Of a stretch of DNA of 64,000 nt, positions 41,348-54,165 are shown piece by piece (the stretch's first letter is position 1; each line of letters opens with the position of its first letter). The stretch lies in NCBI GenBank assembly GCA_951406725.2, contig OX597817.1:68014001-68078000 (forward strand), in the 5' to 3' direction. Both the position numbers and the translations under genes were made by a program. The notes under the pieces were generated by a model that saw nothing but the letters and a program-made list of their open reading frames with translations, had not been told where the DNA came from and ran no database searches. This stretch comes from Octopus vulgaris (Eukaryota).

Positions 41348-41924
41348 TGTAACGATTCTTTGGGACTTTCCAGTATGTACAAACCAGACCATCATAGCAA
41401 ATAAACCAGATATTGTTGTGAAAGACCAAAACAATAAATTCTGTTTATTGATCGACATAGGCAAAAGAATTTGATAAGGTCAGAAAATATAATCATTTGT
41501 TAATCGAAATCGAACAGATGTGACATCTGAAGACGGTTACAATACCAGTGATTGTAGGAGCACTTGGAAGGATCAAAAATGTAACTGAAAATTATTTAAG
41601 AATAATCCCTGGCTTACATCTATACAGGAAATACAAACGATATTCTTAACTGGTACGTCACACGTACTGAGCAAAGCATTGTCACTGTAAATTTTCTTTT
41701 CTTTTTTTCCTTTCTATTTTCTTTGCTTACTTTTCCATTTTTTAATTTTTTCCTTTTTCTCCCTGCCTTTCTTCCTCCTTTCCTCTATCACGTGACTTTG
41801 TAAATGAAAATCTGATGTGTTTATTTTAATGGCCAACCAATGTATACAGTGCGTTTCTCTGCCCTAGGTGTCAGAAAGACACTCGGCAAGAAATGTAAAC
41901 AGAATTGAAAGAAGATGGTGAGGA

Positions 41925-41925
<1 letters not shown>
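41348..41925 (+). mobile_element. R4-clade LINE 3' end (restriction-like endonuclease)
   Basis: ILWDFPVCTNQTIIANKPDIVVKDQ..CLLIDI..IPVIVGALG is the PD..D RLE motif. Flanked by (AAT)n and (ACT)n. Confidence 0.85.
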
Positions 41926-41983
<58 letters not shown>

Positions 41984-42409
41984 ATAATAATAATAATAAT
42001 AATAATAATGGTTTCGAATTTTGGCTCACGGACAGCAAGTTTCAGAGAGAGGGTTAAGTCATTTATATCGACCCCAGTACTTGACTGGTACTTTGTTTTT
42101 GTCGACCTCGAAACAATGAAAGACAAAGTTGACCTCGGTAGTATTTGAACGCAATGCGTAAATATTCGGAAGAATTTTTTCGGGCTCTTTACGTTCTGAG
42201 ATCAAATCGTGAAGAGTTCAACAGTACCTTTCATCATGGCAAAATAAATACCAGTTGAAAACTTGGATCGATGCAATCGGCTTACTCCCTCTCTTAACAT
42301 TGCTGGCCTTGTGCCATAATTTGAAACAGTTATTATTATTATTATTGTTGTTGTTGTTGTTATTATCATCATTATTATTATTAAAATTATTATGAGGTTG
42401 TTTATTGAA

Positions 42410-43585
42410 GATATTGTGTCTACTGGGGATTTGTACTGTTTGCCAAGTCACAATAAGGACCTGAGACAGACAGTACTTTGAGCAATATGCATGCAGTCCC
42501 AAGTTATGCCGACTTTTGCAATACATCTAGATTGTAGGGTATTTCTAAGGTTTTCAGTGTTTTTCTAGATTGGTTGATATTGAACCTAATGCTCCGATGA
42601 CAATAGGGATAACTCTCGAAGCTGCCACATCTTAGCGACCTCAATTCTCAGTTTTCCATATTTATCTACTTTTTCTCTTTCTTTCATGATGTGTGTGTTG
42701 ATCTGGCACTACTACATTGATTATTAGGCATTCTTGTTTGTCTCTCCTAAAGGTTACTATATCTGGCCTTCGGTGCTCTAATACTTTGTCTGTCTGGAAA
42801 TCAAAGTGCCAGAGGATTTTTTCCCTCCCTTTTCTGGTGTATGTTGGTACCAAGCACCCGTAACCTTATATCCATACTTACGGCATAATAACCAGTAGAG
42901 GTTTTGGGCTACTTTGTCGTGTCTACGCTTGTAATCTTTCTCCGCAAGACTTTCACAAGCACTAACAATGTGAGTCATACTTTCGACCCTCTTTCCACAC
43001 ATTCTGACGAGGTCCGATTCACTTGTGTGGTATATATTCTTTTTCACTGAGTTGGTATTCGATGCCTGGTCCTGGGCCGCGATGATTAGGCTTTCAGTAT
43101 TCTTTTTTAGCCACCTCCATGATGCTTCATGGTCTATTAATTTGTTGGTTTCACGGTGGAACTGACCATGTAATTCCATACGGAGTAAGGTTTCTTCTTT
43201 CTCATTAGCTGTTCTTGTTCGGAATTCATTAGCGCTCTCAAGTCCATTTTTGTTAACTCTTTCTGCATTAGCAGCATACCTGTAGCAGGTCTTCTTTGCT
43301 GTTTACCAAATATTCTGCCATGTTTCTTCTTTCACTGTTGAGGCACTCCCGTACGCTAATCAGCCCACGGCCACCCATACCGCGCTTCATATAGAGCCTA
43401 TGTACATTCGCCTTAGGGTGGAGGGCACCATGCATTGTCATTGTCTTTCGGGTAGTGCGATCGAATTGGTCGCTCTCCGCTTGTGTCCATCTCAGGTTGG
43501 GTGCACTACAGCGGACTAAAGCAACAGCCCATATGTTGATGGCAGTCACAAGGTTCCTTGAGTTGAGCTTCGTTTGCTGGGTATG
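42410..43585 (-). mobile_element. R4-clade LINE fragment A
   Basis: AINIWAV..RLYMKRGMGGRGL, LHGQF, AAQDQ, HIVSAC..YKRRHD, ILW..RRPDIV. Confidence 0.9.
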
Positions 43586-43619
43586 ATGGAAATTGTCAGC
43601 TGTCCACAGCCAGCAGACA

Positions 43620-44690
43620 CTTGTTGACTGGCCAGGCTTCAAGAACCCTGCGAAGAATTCTTGAAGTTACAACCAATACTGATTTTTGTAGGTATTCTAC
43701 CTTCACACTTGCACCAATCTTTTCCAGCCATGTTGGTATTTGAGTGTTGATGCTTCCAAGTGCACCAATTACTATTGGTATCATGTCTTCTCTCTTCATT
43801 GACCACATCCTTCGTATTTCCCACTTCAAATCTTCATAGTTGTTTATTTTTTCTTCTTTCACATCGATCGTGCTGTCACTGGGGCATGCTATGTCGATTA
43901 TCATGCATGTTCTTTCTTTTTTAATCACCACAACAATGTCCGGTTTCCCCTGTCTGGTCGGGTGATCGCGCAGGATCATTGCATCTCACAGTATTTTGCA
44001 GTTGTCATTTTCGGGGACTCCTTCTGGTGTTTGGTCATACCATGTCCTTGCTCTTTGTAGGCCGTAATTTCCACGGAGTTCCAAATGGATCATTCTTGCC
44101 ACATTGTCATGACGTCTTTTGCATTCGCGTTGTGCTAATTTCGGGCATTCACTAACGATGTGCCATACCGTTTCATCCCTTTCGCCACACATTCTGCGTT
44201 TGTCGCTATCGGTAGTCTTGTCTATTCTGCACTTCATATAGCTGGTCCTTAACGCTTGTTCCTGAGCTGCGCATATGAGTGCTTCAGTCTCTATTTTCAG
44301 GTCACTCTTCATCCATAATCACCGGTCTCCTGCATCTGTTTTCGCGTTCACATCTCTTGCAAACTGACCGTACGTTTTCTTTTTTCTGTTCATTTCTTAT
44401 TAAAATTTTTCTTTAGTTACACAATTTTCAGTTTTGGTGACACCGGCCTTCTTCGTGTGTTTCAGCAGCGGTTTTTTTATATACTACTCTAAGCTGTTTT
44501 CCTCTGCTTCACTACAATCCTGGCAACTGATCAAACCTCTCCCATCCTTTCTTCTGGACAAGTATAGCCTATGGTGTCACTCTTAGGGTGGAAGACTCCG
44601 TGTACTGTCAACAGTTTTCTGGTCTTGGTATCCATTTTCTTCACTTCTCTCTTTTTCCATTTATGATTCCCGCCCCAGACCAAAGTGATG
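43620..44690 (-). mobile_element. R4-clade LINE fragment B
   Basis: DTKTRKLLTVHGVFHPKSD, ETEALICAAQEQAL, CGERDETVWHIVSEC..RRHD, KPDIVV..IIDIACP..IVIGALG. Confidence 0.9.
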
Positions 44691-44699
44691 CTATTGCCC

Positions 44700-45118
44700 A
44701 CGTATATAACAGTTACTCTTCTAATTGCTCCTATTCTTGCAATTTCATCTTTTAGTAGTTTGTATTTCTCCATCTTTACTGTCTTTGTTATCTACGCGTG
44801 CATCCCCAGGCATGGCAATATCTATGACCCAGGTTTCCTTTTTTTTTCTCGACCACAACTATGTCTAGTCTCCGATCATCGATCAGGGGGTCACATTGGA
44901 TTGTAAAATCCCACAAGATCTTATATTCATTATCCTCAGTGACACTCTCTGGTTCATGTTTGTTTCATTTCCATGCTATGCTCAGACCGTACTTTTCACA
45001 CAGTCTCCGGTGAATAAACGTAACCACGTTATTGTGCTTCCCTTTATAGTGCTTTTGGGCCAGTTTGCTACACTCACAACATGTGAGATTGTTTCGTTTT
45101 TGCTGCCACACAGATGGA
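44700..45118 (-). mobile_element. R4-clade LINE fragment C (most decayed)
   Basis: Remnants of the CCHC knuckle, ILWDF..PDIVV..IDIAMP and KYKLLKDEIAR. Confidence 0.7.
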
Positions 45119-45266
45119 AGCCTTTGGTGTTAAGGGGTCCAAAGTTGGTGAGGACGGAAGGGAGAGGAGAGGGTGCTTTCCTGAGGAGCCTTTAGTGTTA
45201 AGGGGTCCAATGTGTGTGAGGTCTCTTAGGTCACCTTACGGTGGAACTCACCTCTATTGAGAAAAC

Positions 45267-45688
45267 ATATTTATTTCTTTATTGCCCACAGAGGGCTAAA
45301 CATAGAGGGAGCAAACAAGGACAGACAAACGGATTAAGTCGATTACATCGACCCCAGTGCGTAACTGGTACTTATTTAATCGACCCCGAAAGGATGAAAG
45401 GCAAAGTCGATCTCGGCGGAATTTGAACTCAGAGCGTAGCGGCAGACGAAATACCTATTTCTTTACTACCCACAAGGGGTTAAACACAGAGGGGACAAAC
45501 AAAGACAGACAAACGGATTAAGCCGATTACATCGACTCCAGTGCGTAATTGGTACTTAATTTATCGACCTCGAAAGGATGAAAGGCAAAGTCAACCTCGG
45601 CGGAATTTGAACTCAGAACGTAGCGGCAGACGAAATACGGCTAAGCATTTCGCCCAGCGTGCTAACGTTTCTGCCAGCTCGCCGCCCT
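45267..45688 (-). mobile_element. Two tandem young SINE copies (one full-length, one 5'-truncated)
   Basis: A ~190-bp unit is duplicated; it is the reverse complement of 47165-47396. Confidence 0.9.
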
Positions 45689-47164
45689 TAAGCATATTGT
45701 TGATTTAATCTCTTTGTTAATCGTTGTTTGCTGTTTACACGTTTAACTTTACAGTCCTTCGTCTATGTATCGTCATCTATGTTTGTGTTCGGTCTTGGTG
45801 GCCAATAAAGAAAGTATCATCATCATCATCATCATTATTATCTATAGAGGGCGGTGAGTTAGCAGAATCGGTAGAGAGTCAAAAAAGTACTTTGCAGTAA
45901 TTATTCTGTCCCTTTACGTCCTGAGTTCAAATACTGCCGAGATGAATCTTGCTTTTCATCTTTTCGGGGTCGATAAAATAAAGTATCAGTCAAGTTCCTC
46001 ATAAATTTATGTCCGTGTGCTTAAAGTAGAAATCATTATGACTGAAGTGGCTGCGCGTTCGAACAAAATGCATTTCAAGATGAGTTTCTTTATGCCCAGA
46101 GTTCATATTTCACCGAGGTTAATTTTCCTTTCACTCACCCAGCACTGCTAAAATAAATATCAGTGAAATAATGAGGTCGAATTAATCGTTTCTTCTATTC
46201 AACGTTCCGAGGAGAAGGCGGAGAAAATGTCAAGTTGTGAAGTTCCAGCGAGTATTCCTAATAGCATTAGTAGTATAAAAGAAGAGAGTTAATTCAACCG
46301 TGAATCGAATATGGACCGAAGATTTGGCTTGCCTTACAGTGCACGCCACTCACAGGAATTAATTAAAGACTTCTTTTCAGCAATTTGAAGAAGCTTTCAT
46401 AATATTCCATTCTTTCGTCCGAAAATGGTCCTTTAGTATTTTAAATCCGACACGCTGGGTTATTAGTTAAATTATTAGAATGTATTATTCTCCCCCTTTT
46501 GTGTAGAATCGTAAAAGAAATTCAGGTGAAACCTTTGAAATAATTAGGTTGACGAAAAGTATGGTAATTATTGATCAAATGGGGAAGTTATTGCAACCAC
46601 ATTTTCAAGTGAAAGGCTGTATGTTCTGCTGACGTCATTACCGCGGCTTTGTATGTATCGTGGCGATATAGTGTAAGACTTTACAGTAATGGCTAAAAGC
46701 TTGACCAATAATTGATGACTGTTTTGTTGCAAGAAATAGATAATGTAGGCTGATGGTAGGGACGTTGTCAAATATATTTCAATCAAATTCCGACGCATAA
46801 AATAATCCTTCTTCACATTACTGCCCGTCCACGACTTTCTCATCGGCTTTGAATTATCACTTTCCTCCATTTTTCTTGTTGGTTCATTACAAACTAAAAG
46901 TTTGGAAGAAAACAGAAAAGAAGAGATAGAAGATAGAAGAATAAGAAAAAAAAAGAAGACTGGGACAAACTGAAGACGGAAAACGAAGATAGAAATAAAA
47001 AAAAATACGCCTGGAGATAAAGTGTTTTAAAATTTCAGGCTTACAAAAGATAAAAAGAAGAAAAAGAAAACAGAAGTGCATGGAACAATCCAATGTGTCA
47101 GACCAGCAATTATGAGCATTCTCAGAAGAAGGATTAGGCTGATCCAGTGAATATCGTGAGAGGG

Positions 47165-47396
47165 AGACGGTGAGCTGGCAGAAACGTTAGCACGCCGGGC
47201 GAAATGCTTTGCGGTATTTCGTCTGCCGCTACGTTCTGAGTTCAAATTCCGCTGAGGTCGACTTTGCCTTTCATCCTTTCGGAGTCGATAAATTAAGTAC
47301 CAGTGAAACACTGGGGTCGATATAATCGACTTAATCCGTTTGTCTGTCCTTGTTTGTCCTCTCTGTGTTTAGCCCCCTGTGGGTAGTAAAGAAATA
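47165..47396 (+). mobile_element. Young full-length SINE
   Basis: gagctggcagaaacgttagc..gagttcaaattccgc..tttgcctttcatcctttcgg..gtaaagaaata. Confidence 0.9.
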
Positions 47397-48336
47397 GATA
47401 TGGTGGTAATATTCAAGTCAAGTGGGTGGCTGCAGAAACGGCTGCGTATCGCGCATTAACATGCGTGAAATAATACACTGATTAGCAAATTAAAAATTAT
47501 CGTCCTTAATTAGTTACCAAGTTCAAATAGGATGATGGGAAACCTTGAACTTGGAATCTTAATTCACCACTTTTTTGCCAATAATTTTGAAATTTTTTCC
47601 AAAGTAACTCACTTGAAAAAAAAAAAAAAGAGAAGGCAATAAGTGTTTGAAATGTCTAGTTTATTTTACTGCAACTAAGCTAAATTCAGTAAAGCAATTA
47701 TTCCAAAGCTCACTGGGAGGAAAATAAGGAAAACAATTTATCGCAAACAACGCTATGTATCATACATAGCATTTTCCAAATCTACCTATTTAATACGATT
47801 TTTATAATAAATGTAATATTATTGCTCGATTTTTTTTTTCATTTCAGTTTATTGAATGGCAACAAGAAAGATTGCGGTAACAATTTACATTTAGAGTACT
47901 TTACTATCTTGCGAAGAAGAGAAATGCATTTCTAGTTATCAATTTTGTACACGCCAAAAATATCATCAATCAACTAATTTGAAACTATTGACATCATGAT
48001 TTGTGAGAGGAAACGCCATTCTCCTTCCGTTTCCCAAAATAACGATGGAGACGCAGAAAGAAAAAAAAATTACATTGTATGAAATGTACGGCAATGGAAA
48101 CATTAACGCATTGAAGACAAAGCAGAATACGGAAGACATGTGAAACGTAAAGTGAAAGGCCTCAATCCGACATGACCCAGGAATTAAGAAGCACGCGGCG
48201 TAGTTCTAAGTCCGGTCACAAGTGTCTCTGATGGCTTCAACTTAAAATGGTTTACGAATGACACGTGGTAGACGAAAGGAAATTGTGCAGAGGCTTGTCG
48301 GATTCATATACATACATACATACATACATACATACA

Positions 48337-48460
<124 letters not shown>

Positions 48461-48471
48461 TATACATACAT

Positions 48472-48785
48472 ATGGCTCAATGATTAGAAACTTGGACTCA
48501 CAATCACATGGTAGCGAATTCGATGGCCGGACTGGGCTGTGTGTTGTATTCTTGAGCAAGACGCTTTATTTCACGTTGCTCCAGTTCACTCAACTGTAGA
48601 AATGAATTGCGACGTCACAGGTGGCAAGCTGTATCGGCCTTTGTATTTCCATTGTATAACACCGGTGGCGTGGAAAGGGGAGACTAGTATGCATGGGCAG
48701 CTGCTGGTCTTTCATAAACAACATTGCACGGAACTTTCTACGTTCAATCCCATAGTAATCCATGACCGAATGACCGAAGGTGGTC
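48472..48785 (+). mobile_element. tRNA-derived CORE-type SINE (another family)
   Basis: A-box-like TGGCTCAATGA and CORE-like cttgagcaagacgcttt; flanked by microsatellites. Confidence 0.7.
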
Positions 48786-48800
48786 TTATATATATACACA

Positions 48801-48883
<83 letters not shown>

Positions 48884-49054
48884 CAGTGGCGTGCGGTGAC
48901 TTCTGGCGTTGGGCATGCAATGAATTTCTTTGATCCCCCCCGGGGGCAATTTTTCAGTAAAAAAAATTTTCGAATTCCTACGATTTACATATGGGAGATT
49001 CTGAATATGCAATCACCCCCGTATGACCTAGAATAAAAAAAAAAACGTCGCCCT

Positions 49055-49272
49055 GGTACTATTTAAGAAGAGTGGTCCCGTTGCGCGCGCTCGCGCATCC
49101 GCGCTGGCTAGTCGTGACTAGTCGATCCTACGACTATCTAACAAATAAATTTTTTAAACAAAATATATAAAACACAAAGTAAATAAAACACAAAGTAAGG
49201 ATCGACTAGTCACGACTAGCTGGCGTGGATGCTCGAGTGCGCGCACCGGGACCACTCTTCTTAAATAGTACC
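49055..49272. mobile_element. ~220-bp MITE-like hairpin with ~75-bp arms, inside the hAT
   Basis: ggtactatttaagaagagtggtcccg..gactagtcgatcct and its reverse complement. Confidence 0.85.
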
Positions 49273-49488
49273 CATGATTTTTAAATTGTTTGCATTACTC
49301 ATCAAATTTGTTGAAATTCGAAAGTTCCATGAATTTAAACTCTTCTAAGGATGAATATCGTGCTTTTATTTGGTCAACTATTGTACTGATAATTTTGTTA
49401 TAAAGCATTTTATAATGTCGTTGGGGCTCAATAGATATAATCTTGGATCTCTGAATTCCGATTCCTGCATCGACTCCATATTTTTCCC

Positions 49489-49808
49489 CCGGGTTCAGTT
49501 CCACTGCGTGGCACCTTGGGCAAGGGTCTTCTACTATAGTCTCGGGCCGACCAAAGCCTTGTGAGTGGATTTGGTAGACGGAAACTGAAAGAAGCCCGTG
49601 GTATATATGTATATATATGCGTGTGTGTGTTTGTGCGTCTGTTTGTCCCCCTAGCATTGCTTGGCAACCGATGCTGGTGTGTTTATGTCCCCGTTACTTA
49701 GCGGTTCGGCAAAATAGACCGATAGAATAAGTCCCAGGGTCGAGTTGCTCGATTAAAGGCGGTGCTCGAGCATGGCCGCAGTCAAATGACTGAAACAAGT
49801 AAAAGAGA
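49489..49808 (+). mobile_element. 5'-truncated CORE-type SINE inserted in the hAT transposase
   Basis: Reverse complement of 35437-35800. Confidence 0.9.
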
Positions 49809-51309
49809 TTGAAAAATTATCAAGTTTGTTTTCGAGTACAGTTCTAGTTTTATCTATTTGATCTTTACAATACACTATGTTATGACTTTTACTCTGGAGG
49901 ATGTTAAATATGAAAAAAGAAAAAATCTCACTGAATACTTCTAACAAAAATAAGAAATCAGGAGCTTTTAAAGTTTGTAAGAATCCAATTGCTGAATTTA
50001 TGGTGGTATCATCCCATGCTTCAGGATTTTCAATGATGTGCTCAAAAAGACTGATTATGAAATGATAATTTTTACTTTGTGGTAATAATAAGCCGTGAGG
50101 CTGTTGCCTTCGGAAATCTTTTTTTTAACAATGTTATCTAATGCATTAGCCCTTTTCGGTGTTGGTCTCCCACCGATATAATTAATTATTTTCCATCGAA
50201 TTCTCCTTTCGAAAAACTATTTCTCAAAATATCGTTTATAATACATTTCACTCATTTCGTAAAATATACGAAAATATACGAACACACGTGGAAGCGCCGG
50301 CGTAAATTGTAAGTCAATTTCAACAAAACAGAAAGATACAGAAAGTGGGTATCATGCGGTCAGCTCATAGCATGACATGCCACTGAGAGAAAGAGGAAGG
50401 GGGTACAAAATATTATGAACAACCTTTCCTCCTAGCATCTGTTTTATCAATTCACTAAAAGAGAGAGAGGAAGGAGGGACAAACTAAGAGACAGAGAGGG
50501 AGGTCATGTGGGTCGTCCCACAGCATAGCCACTAAAAGAAAGAGGAAGGGGGCAAAAATATTTCAAATGCCCTATCCTCTTAGCATGTCTTTTAAACAGT
50601 CACTAAGAGAGAGAGAGAGAGAGAGAGAGAGGAAGGAAGGACAAACTGAGACAGAGAGGGAGTGTCTAACATGCTGGTCTTGTCAATGCATGACTTCTAA
50701 AAGCAGAAGTAGAGTCACTGAGAGGGAAGGGGAGACAAAATACAACTGGACGGATTTTCTTTGAAACAAAGTAACTATTTTATCTAATTTTCCGATCATA
50801 TGGATAAAAAAATCACAGGGCATGCAACGCATACCTTGCATACCTGAGAGTGCACGCCCCTGGTATGTATATATATATGCGTGGGTCGGTGGTTACAGAT
50901 GATGGATTCATGGTTGTAAGATTATGGTTTGAGTGTGTGTGCGAGTGTGTGTGTCAGTGTATGAGTATTTGTGTATGTGTGTGTGCGCGCGCATGAGTTT
51001 GTGTGTGTGTGTATATTTATGTCTTAAGTCATAAGTGTAAGGGGAAAAATTGCCTAAAAATCTGGTGAAGCTTCAGCTAACTGTAGTCATATAGTACTTT
51101 CTCTTCCTCAGTCATTCATCTTTCCCTTTCATTTTCATGATTGCATCAATAGAAATAAGATAATTTCCAAGTCTGACAAATCAGATCCTTCTTAGTCCTA
51201 TTTTTGTTTTTGACTACTTATTTGTCGTGGATAATTAATCGTCTCTGCTGTTGGATTTGCCTTCAATTTAAGATATCTTGTAAAGAAGGTATCAAGTAGA
51301 ACTGAAAGC

Positions 51310-51451
51310 CACAATGCGAAAAGGAACCGTAAAAGCATTACACTGGATATTAAAACTTGATGCGTTAAAAAGACTTAATGCGAAAGTAAAACTAAGTTGT
51401 ATCGCCAAAACATTATATCTTGCATCGTCTACAGTGGGAACAACATGTGAC

Positions 51452-51512
<61 letters not shown>

Positions 51513-52860
51513 ATGTCAAGTGCTCAAGAAGCTACTCCGTTGACAGTCAGGACCTTTTTTTTCGTTGATCTAATATGATGCTTAAAATGGAAGGACTTAT
51601 GAGCGTATAGACTGAAGATCAGAATCGGCGTAACGTGCAGATAAACATAATAGTAATTCAAAAAGAGCCAAAAGTTTATATGGTGATTTTCAGAAAAATG
51701 AAAAATCCCTCTTAGCTAGTAAAACATGGTTTGAAAGGTTTAAAATGCGCATGGATTTTCACAACACAAAAATGATTGGTGGAACTGCGAGCGCTGATAC
51801 AGAGACTGCTACTAAATATCCTAAGCAGTTGAAGAAAAGGATTGTCGAAGGGATCTACACACCAGAGCACATATACAATGTTGATGACGCTGTACTTCTC
51901 TGGAAATGCATTGTGGAGAAGAAAAATCATCACCAGGATTTAAAGCTTCCAAAAATCATCTGACACTTCTTTTGGGAGGAAATACTGCAGGTAATATGAA
52001 ATTAAAACGCCTATTAGTTTATCAGTCCGAAAATCCAAGGGTTCCCAAGGGTTACCCTAAGTTTAATCTACTGATTTGGTGTTCCAATAAGAAGGTATAG
52101 ATAACTAAGAGCCATTTCAAAGACTGGTTGACAAACGTTTTCTTCTGTCCTGCCGCAAAAAAATAGTGCTGGACATATTTCTAACAAAGTATTGCTTCTT
52201 TTAGACAATGCACCGGATCATCACCCAGCGAACATAGATGTCCTTTCTGATATTGTGAGAGTAGAATATATATTCAAGAATACTACTTCTTTGCTTTAGC
52301 GAATGGATCAGGCTGTGATCGCTAACTTCAAGGCATATCTGAGAAAAAATTTCATGCAACTTATGAAAGCAGTTGACAGGGAGGATAAACCTACAGTTAG
52401 AGATTTATGGAAGAAACTGAACATAATGGATGGTGTGAATAATATAGCTGAATCATGAGATGAAGTGAAACCTTCAACTTTGAGTAGTACTTGGAAAAAT
52501 AAATGGCCAGACTGTATCCATGATATTACAAGTTCTTCACAAGCAAAAAGTATACATCAAATTCAGAAAGATATTGTGACGCTTACGAAGAATATAGGAT
52601 TTGAAGAAGTCATAGAGGATAATGAGATTGAGTTGCTATACTGTCTCAGAGAAAAGGTTTATCAAGCGAGGTGCTGATGCTGGTGGAAAAAGACCACGCT
52701 AAGACTACAGATTAGCTACTTACATTGGTAACGAAAATTATTACTAAAGGGTTCGTACTTATAGAGGAAGGCCTGTAGGTTTTTGTTGATAATTATCCTA
52801 ATCGTAAACAGAACATAAATATTACAAGAGGCGTTTACAATGAGCCCACTTCCTATACTG
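51310..52860 (+). pseudogene. Decayed Tigger/pogo transposase
   Basis: CENP-B-like HTH (LASSTVGT), ASKTWFERFK, IYNVDD..LLWK, PGFKASKNHLTLLLGGN, LLLLDNAPDH and MDQAVIANFK, with many stops. Confidence 0.9.
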
Positions 52861-53633
52861 TGCTCTTCTGTCCGTGTATAACTTTCAGTGTTGTAAATAT
52901 TGGCAAGAACACCAGATCAATAAACCGATGATTTCAAATAAAAATCCTAGATGATATTTATTCTGTCTGAGTTACACCCTATCGCCAATGAAATGAATCA
53001 GTAATTAACCCTTTGGAAACCTTTAACGAAAGATGGTATTGTTTACAAAATTACTAATGATGATGATTGTTTCCAATTTAAGTACGAGGCCCGTAGTGTT
53101 AAGGGCAAGAGGTTGCCATCGATCACGGTATTTGATGGGTATTTTATTGATGACGAAGCGATGAAAAAAAAAGTTGACTTTAGCGTGATTTGAACTGAAA
53201 ATGTAGAGTCGAAAGACATTTTTTTCCGAGGCTCTATTGATTCTGCTATTTCGCTGCCCTTGTAATAATTATCTATAGCTTAGACACAAGGCCAGAAATG
53301 TACAAAGAGTTCAGTTGATGCTACCCACACCAGTACTTAACTAGTACTTTATTTCATTGAATCCGGAAGGATGAAAAACAAAATTAGTTTCGGTGGGAAT
53401 TGAATTCTGAACATAGAGAGCCAGAAGAAATACCACAGAACATAATTTTTGCGATGTTCTGAGATTGAAGCCGATTAGAGATTTCAGTTAAACTAGAGCA
53501 TATCTCTCTAAATGTCCTCACCGTAAAGAGAGTAACAAATAAATAGAGTTAAGTTCTGACTCATACAAGTCTTGCTGGAAAGTGACAAGTTGTCTCTAAC
53601 TAGAAACGCTTTATGATTTTCATGAGTTTAGAT

Positions 53634-53787
53634 CAGGCATGGACACCCTGTATCGAGAACCGGGCCGCATGAAACGTTGTTCATCATCAGACAAGCAGCA
53701 CTACTAAATAAAAAATAATAATAAAGGTAATTTTTCGATAGGTGTGCCATTCAGAAAGCCTCGCGGGCCACAGCTTGCTCCTGACTA
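53634..53787. mobile_element. hAT/Charlie-type MITE
   Basis: Starts CAGGCATGG, contains internal gcgggcc motifs, and is flanked by the 8-bp direct repeat GTTTAGAT (53626-53633 and 53788-53795). Confidence 0.7.
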
Positions 53788-53934
53788 GTTTAGATATTTT
53801 TGTATATCGTGAGATGAGGAGATACCTGAGGTATCGACACTGCTGCTTGGTCCGTGAAAGAGATGAAATTTGCTTGGATTGTTTCTGATGTCGAGACACT
53901 CACGAAACGTTAGAGTCCTATACGCACCGGGACA

Positions 53935-54165
53935 TAAAAACTTATTCTATCGTGAATATAATTCACCTCGCTCCTCAGAACTAGCAGGGATCGTGACCGC
54001 TCCCAGCCAATCACTTCTGACCCAATCATATCTTCTCTTCCAGTCACCCTTATAGTATACAACTCTGTCTAAACCTCGCACATATCACTATTTCCAATTC
54101 GTTTTTCCGCGAACGTCAGCACTCTGGAATTTCTACTCTGCTCATGTCTTTCTTTCTGGGGTTTG
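53935..54165 (+). pseudogene. CR1/L2-group LINE C-terminal fragment
   Basis: LFYREY..SSELA..FPRTSALWN. Confidence 0.55.

Larger units (their letters stand above)
48884..50862 (-). mobile_element. Non-autonomous hAT transposon (Tip100-like) with 8-bp TSD
   Basis: TIRs CAGTGGCGTGC / GCACGCCCCTG, with GTATGTAT on both sides. A transposase remnant lies on the minus strand at 49295-50130 (FNILQSKS..YNKIISTIVDQIKARYS). Confidence 0.85.
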
